Assembly: GCF_030028105.1 (NCBI RefSeq)
Contig: NC_092395.1
Location: 42,932,459 to 42,996,458 of the forward strand
Reading direction: 5' to 3'
Length of the DNA stretch: 64,000 bases
Source of the DNA: Mobula birostris
Lineage: Eukaryota
Position numbers and translations under genes: made by a program. The notes under the pieces were generated by a model. The model was not told the DNA's origin, made no database searches, and was given only the letters and a program-made list of their open reading frames with translations. Positions 60,601-64,000 of the stretch are shown here, piece after piece. The number at the start of each line of letters is the position of its first letter. Position 1 is the stretch's first letter.

Positions 60601-61925
60601 CATAGTTCTCGACTTTTCGACTGCAAGCATGCTCAGTAACTAATGTATGAGCCTACTCTCAAAATCCCGTCATAAGATCCATTAGGCTTCCCTTTGCATC
60701 CAAAAAAACTTCTAGGGCTTGCATGTAGCCCGCAGAAGTAGCAAAGGAGTTCTGTGTCTATGAGGATCTCACTATGTCAGCGGCTGGTCCCCTCAAACTC
60801 TTTACCAATCGTCTGTTTACATCTTCAGAGCTCTGCCGCTCATCCAGCATCTGAGAGGTCTGTTCCACCCAGTTCTCATGCTCCTCTTCGCCTTTAGGGG
60901 TGGACTTCATTCCCAAAAACATTCTCAGCCTACGGCAGCTGGCGTTTGAACCTGGGCATTTTGCCATTTACTTGCCAGGGAGGTAAGGGCAGCTGCCAAC
61001 TCAGAATGCTCATCCCTGTCTTGAGGGTTCATTAGACCCTCTACATCAGGACCACTCCTTCCCCTCACTTCGTAGAAATGAGAGCAACTTGTCTTTAATG
61101 TCTCTGTCCCCAGCTATGGCAAACTCTGCCTCCAAGTCAGCACGATTGCCTGCAATCCCTTCCTCCTGGAAAGTATGGACAGCCCATGGCCCCTCTCCTC
61201 TCCCGGGGTCCCAATAGTACCAGGCAGTTCCACTGCTATTACATCAACGCTAGTCTGAACTAAAACAAAATCTTTGCCTGCCATTTTGTCAAACTTCTGC
61301 TCCATGATATTAATTGTTCCTAATGCTTTACCAGTACTTGAAATCCAAATTAACAATTCATTAGAACTACAAATGTCCATCCCACTCAATACATGCACAT
61401 TCGTTACCGGTAACCCCATGGATTCACACCACCACTCAAACCCCGCAGCATCCACAACCACGTATCTTAATCACTTTACCGGACAATAGTATAGCACAGA
61501 CTTAAACACACAACTCACTGGATCAATGCTCAGGGCTGTTACAACTCAGTCCCAGGAATCAACAGCCAGCACACTGCGTAGGATTGAAGAAATTATATTT
61601 ATGAATGTTAACTGAAGGGCTTGTAAAGAAAAGAAAGAAAAAACAAAAATGGCCCATTATAATTAAACAGCCAAATGTGCACCAGTTGGAGCTCAATTCA
61701 CCGATCCTCAGTCAATCTCGCCGCCTGGCTCCACCGAATCATGATCTCCCCATTGGGTCGTATCTTATGACTGGTTCTCTGCAGCACCTTCTCTCTTCAT
61801 CCCTCTCCAAACAAAAGACCCTACTCACATTCCAAAGCATCTGTTGTCTCTAACCATAACCCAAACACTGCTTCTATAGAAAGACGATTACGTTAGCAGT
61901 GAAACCTTTCCCATAGTAATTTATA
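57612..61925 (-). mobile_element. Old Gypsy LTR retrotransposon with PNMA-like gag, integrase remnants and two diverged LTRs (~57612-57998, ~61537-61925)
   Basis: CRRLRMFLG..PKGEEEHENWVEQTSQMLDE..RRLVKSLRGPAADIV (PNMA/gag). HLVHCYNCT and PGDRVLMKNWGLPGKHKIA (integrase). PPT GGTGGGGAGAGAG next to TGTAACA at 57998. The LTRs share TTGGAGCTCAATTCACCGATCCTCAGTCAAT. Confidence 0.88.
58427..59815 (-). mobile_element. Young 5'-truncated CR1 nested in the Gypsy element
   Basis: Long open RT frame within 58787-59815 (GNYRPV, YLDFQKAFDKVPH, GVLQGSVLGP). (TCTATTG)n-type tail at 58424-58458. Confidence 0.93.
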
Positions 61926-62599
61926 AATGTTTGTTATTATGGATTGCAACATGGTGCTGCTGCAAAACAAATTTCATGACATATGCCGGTGATATTAAAC
62001 ATGACTCTGATTCTGAAACATTCCCCTTTTACTGAGAACACAGCGGTAAAATGTTTAACATGGAGACTTACTGTAAATATAAGTGAAAACTTCAGGTATT
62101 GTTAAGACAATATTACTGTTTGTTTCCAGTGTTCCAACCATAAATGATCCTGCTTCACTCTACAGAGACTGATATTTTCAATAGTACTAATATATTAATA
62201 TTACTTGACTTTAATAACCCAACTTGTTAGCAATGAACTGCAGAATATTAAGAGGCTATATTCCAGTCATGGATAAAATTTAAACTAGCTTTCTGGATCC
62301 TTGGACTAAAAAGAGTAATTTGAAAGCCAACTGCACTCATTTCAATACAGAAAGATGATCAGGTGAGGAAAGGCTGCAGCGAGTTGGGCCTGCGTCAATC
62401 AGTTAACACTATCACAAATCAGTTTAATCAAATTCGAAAAAAAACTATGGATGGAGGAGGTCTGTAATGTAACACAATGAGAAAAAAATCCATGGAAAAG
62501 TTGATTTTATTGAGCTGTGTGGGAGATACAAATCATTTTAATGATTAAATTTCAAAATAAAAATTGCCTCGCCATTTAAAAAACAAGTTTTGGTGCAGT

Positions 62600-63360
62600 T
62601 CAGATCAGCTGCTGCATGAGTATGAAAATAACGAACATCTGTGGCCCCAGCAGGAAATGAGCTGTTATTTTAAGGAGAGGGACAGCCCAGAATGTTTATA
62701 TTTGCCTTTTCTACTATATTATCCAAATATCATTTTCTGTTCTACCTGATATTATTGTGAGTATCTGTCAAACACTTGACCTTTACAGGGACATTATCTC
62801 TGGTGCACTCCTTGAGTTATGGCAGTGAGGACAAGAATTGCTTCAGAATTTGTGCCATGTTTGTTTTCAGAGTTGCTTCACCCGACAGATTTATGCACTG
62901 AATTCCTGGGGAAGGAAATGTTAAAGAGGTCCGATGGTTTAACTGTGTGACAGTGAGTTCACCCCCATTACATTGGCAAAGCTTGGTTTCCTTTCCATTG
63001 AAATCTGAGGAATATAGAAATGAAGAGAGTTTTAGAATATGGCTTCTGCTCACTGCCATCTAATTTACATCCAGTCGGTGATCACTTCTTCCAGTACGAT
63101 GATTGACTGAAGCATCTGCCACCAGTGGACTAGTGAGGTTGAGTTTAAATATGTTTCTCCCTGCTGTTGCTCATTCATTGTCTGTGGCAGTCTCAGTCTG
63201 GAAGCCCTGTTTTTCAGGGCTTGGCCAACTCAGGCTGTGATGGTGCAACCAAACCACTCTTGGTGATGGAAACTGAAGTCCCCGGGAATACTCTGTGTCC
63301 GTGCTTCTCTCAGTACTTTTTCTGTGTTGCTCAACATGGGGAATATCCATTCATCAATGG
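62600..63360. other. Conserved non-coding element, copy B
   Basis: Direct ortholog of 18600-19310. Core at 62645-62675. Confidence 0.75.
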
Positions 63361-64000
63361 AGGGAGGCCAGGAGATTGTAATCAGGAGGAGCTCTCCCTG
63401 TGCATGTTTCACCTGATGCTGTGAGCCTGCTCTCTGCCTGGATTCAATGCTCAGGACACCAAGGGATCCTTTCCCCTGCCGGTAAACCACTTTCCCCCCA
63501 CTTCCAGAGGCTCTTTCGGGACAGGACATACCCAGAATGGTGAGGGTGGAGTTGGCATATTGTTTATACTGCTCTTGTCTGTAGATGGAGCCATGCTTTG
63601 TGGAAAGGAATGTCAAGCATCCCAGAATCAGGACATCACCACAGGATGATGGATTTCCAGCATCTGCAGAATATTTTGTGTTCATCACAATGGTAGAAGT
63701 TCCTCAGGACAATGTCCTCATCCCAATTGTTTCATCGCAGACATCCTCTCATCATAAAGTCAGTAGTGGGATGTTCACAGACATTTGCAGAATGTTCAGT
63801 TCCACTTGTAACCCCTCAGCTAATGCTTCAGTCCCAGCCTGTATACCATCCAGACGTCGACAGCATTCAGTCATGGGCTGATAAGTGCCAAGTGATATTT
63901 GCACCCATAGTGTCAGGCAATGACTATCTCCAAGAACAGAGAATCTAAATACCTTGCCTTGACATTCAATGACATTAACATTGTTAAAGCCTCCACCACG

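Noticed and set aside
1-64000. tRNA, rRNA, Ig heavy-chain, TCR, or split V-RSS/RSS-J segments
   Set aside because: None seen. tRNA-like A/B boxes occur only as SINE heads, and no complete heptamer-spacer-nonamer was found near either cluster by eye.

Overview
Repeat-rich vertebrate DNA. The repeat families and Ig cluster layout point to a cartilaginous fish, most likely a ray (inference). The core content is two tandem immunoglobulin light-chain clusters on the minus strand, about 38.6 kb apart, each leader - VJ - C. Both are sigma-type (teleost L2 / Xenopus sigma-like long CDR2). Both have V and J already fused in the genome, with no RSS between them and with different junctions. Cluster 2 (42991-44949) is intact: 243 aa, canonical splice sites, octamer, PU-box and TATA-like promoter. 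Cluster 1 (4392-6497) looks pseudogenised: 1-nt leader frameshift, mutated octamer, YYC->DNC and FGxG->FSRG. The clusters lie in an old segmental duplication (~3350-19900 vs ~41945-64000) that later gained copy-specific insertions. The rest is mostly degraded TEs: Gypsy elements and solo LTRs, CR1, Rex1/Babar, Tx1, R4/Dong, Nimb/I, hAT, Penelope, and SINEs. Most notable: (i) germline-joined sigma VJ exons with unrelated CDR3s; (ii) V-exon differences dominated by contiguous (tandem) substitutions, resembling shark somatic hypermutation, while C-exon differences are all single; (iii) a Penelope-derived short repeat carrying minimal hammerhead-ribozyme remnants; (iv) a three-copy conserved non-coding element, one copy inverted; (v) candidate plus-strand exons of an unidentified gene between the clusters. 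All alignments and counts were done by eye. One assembly gap at 7302-7459.
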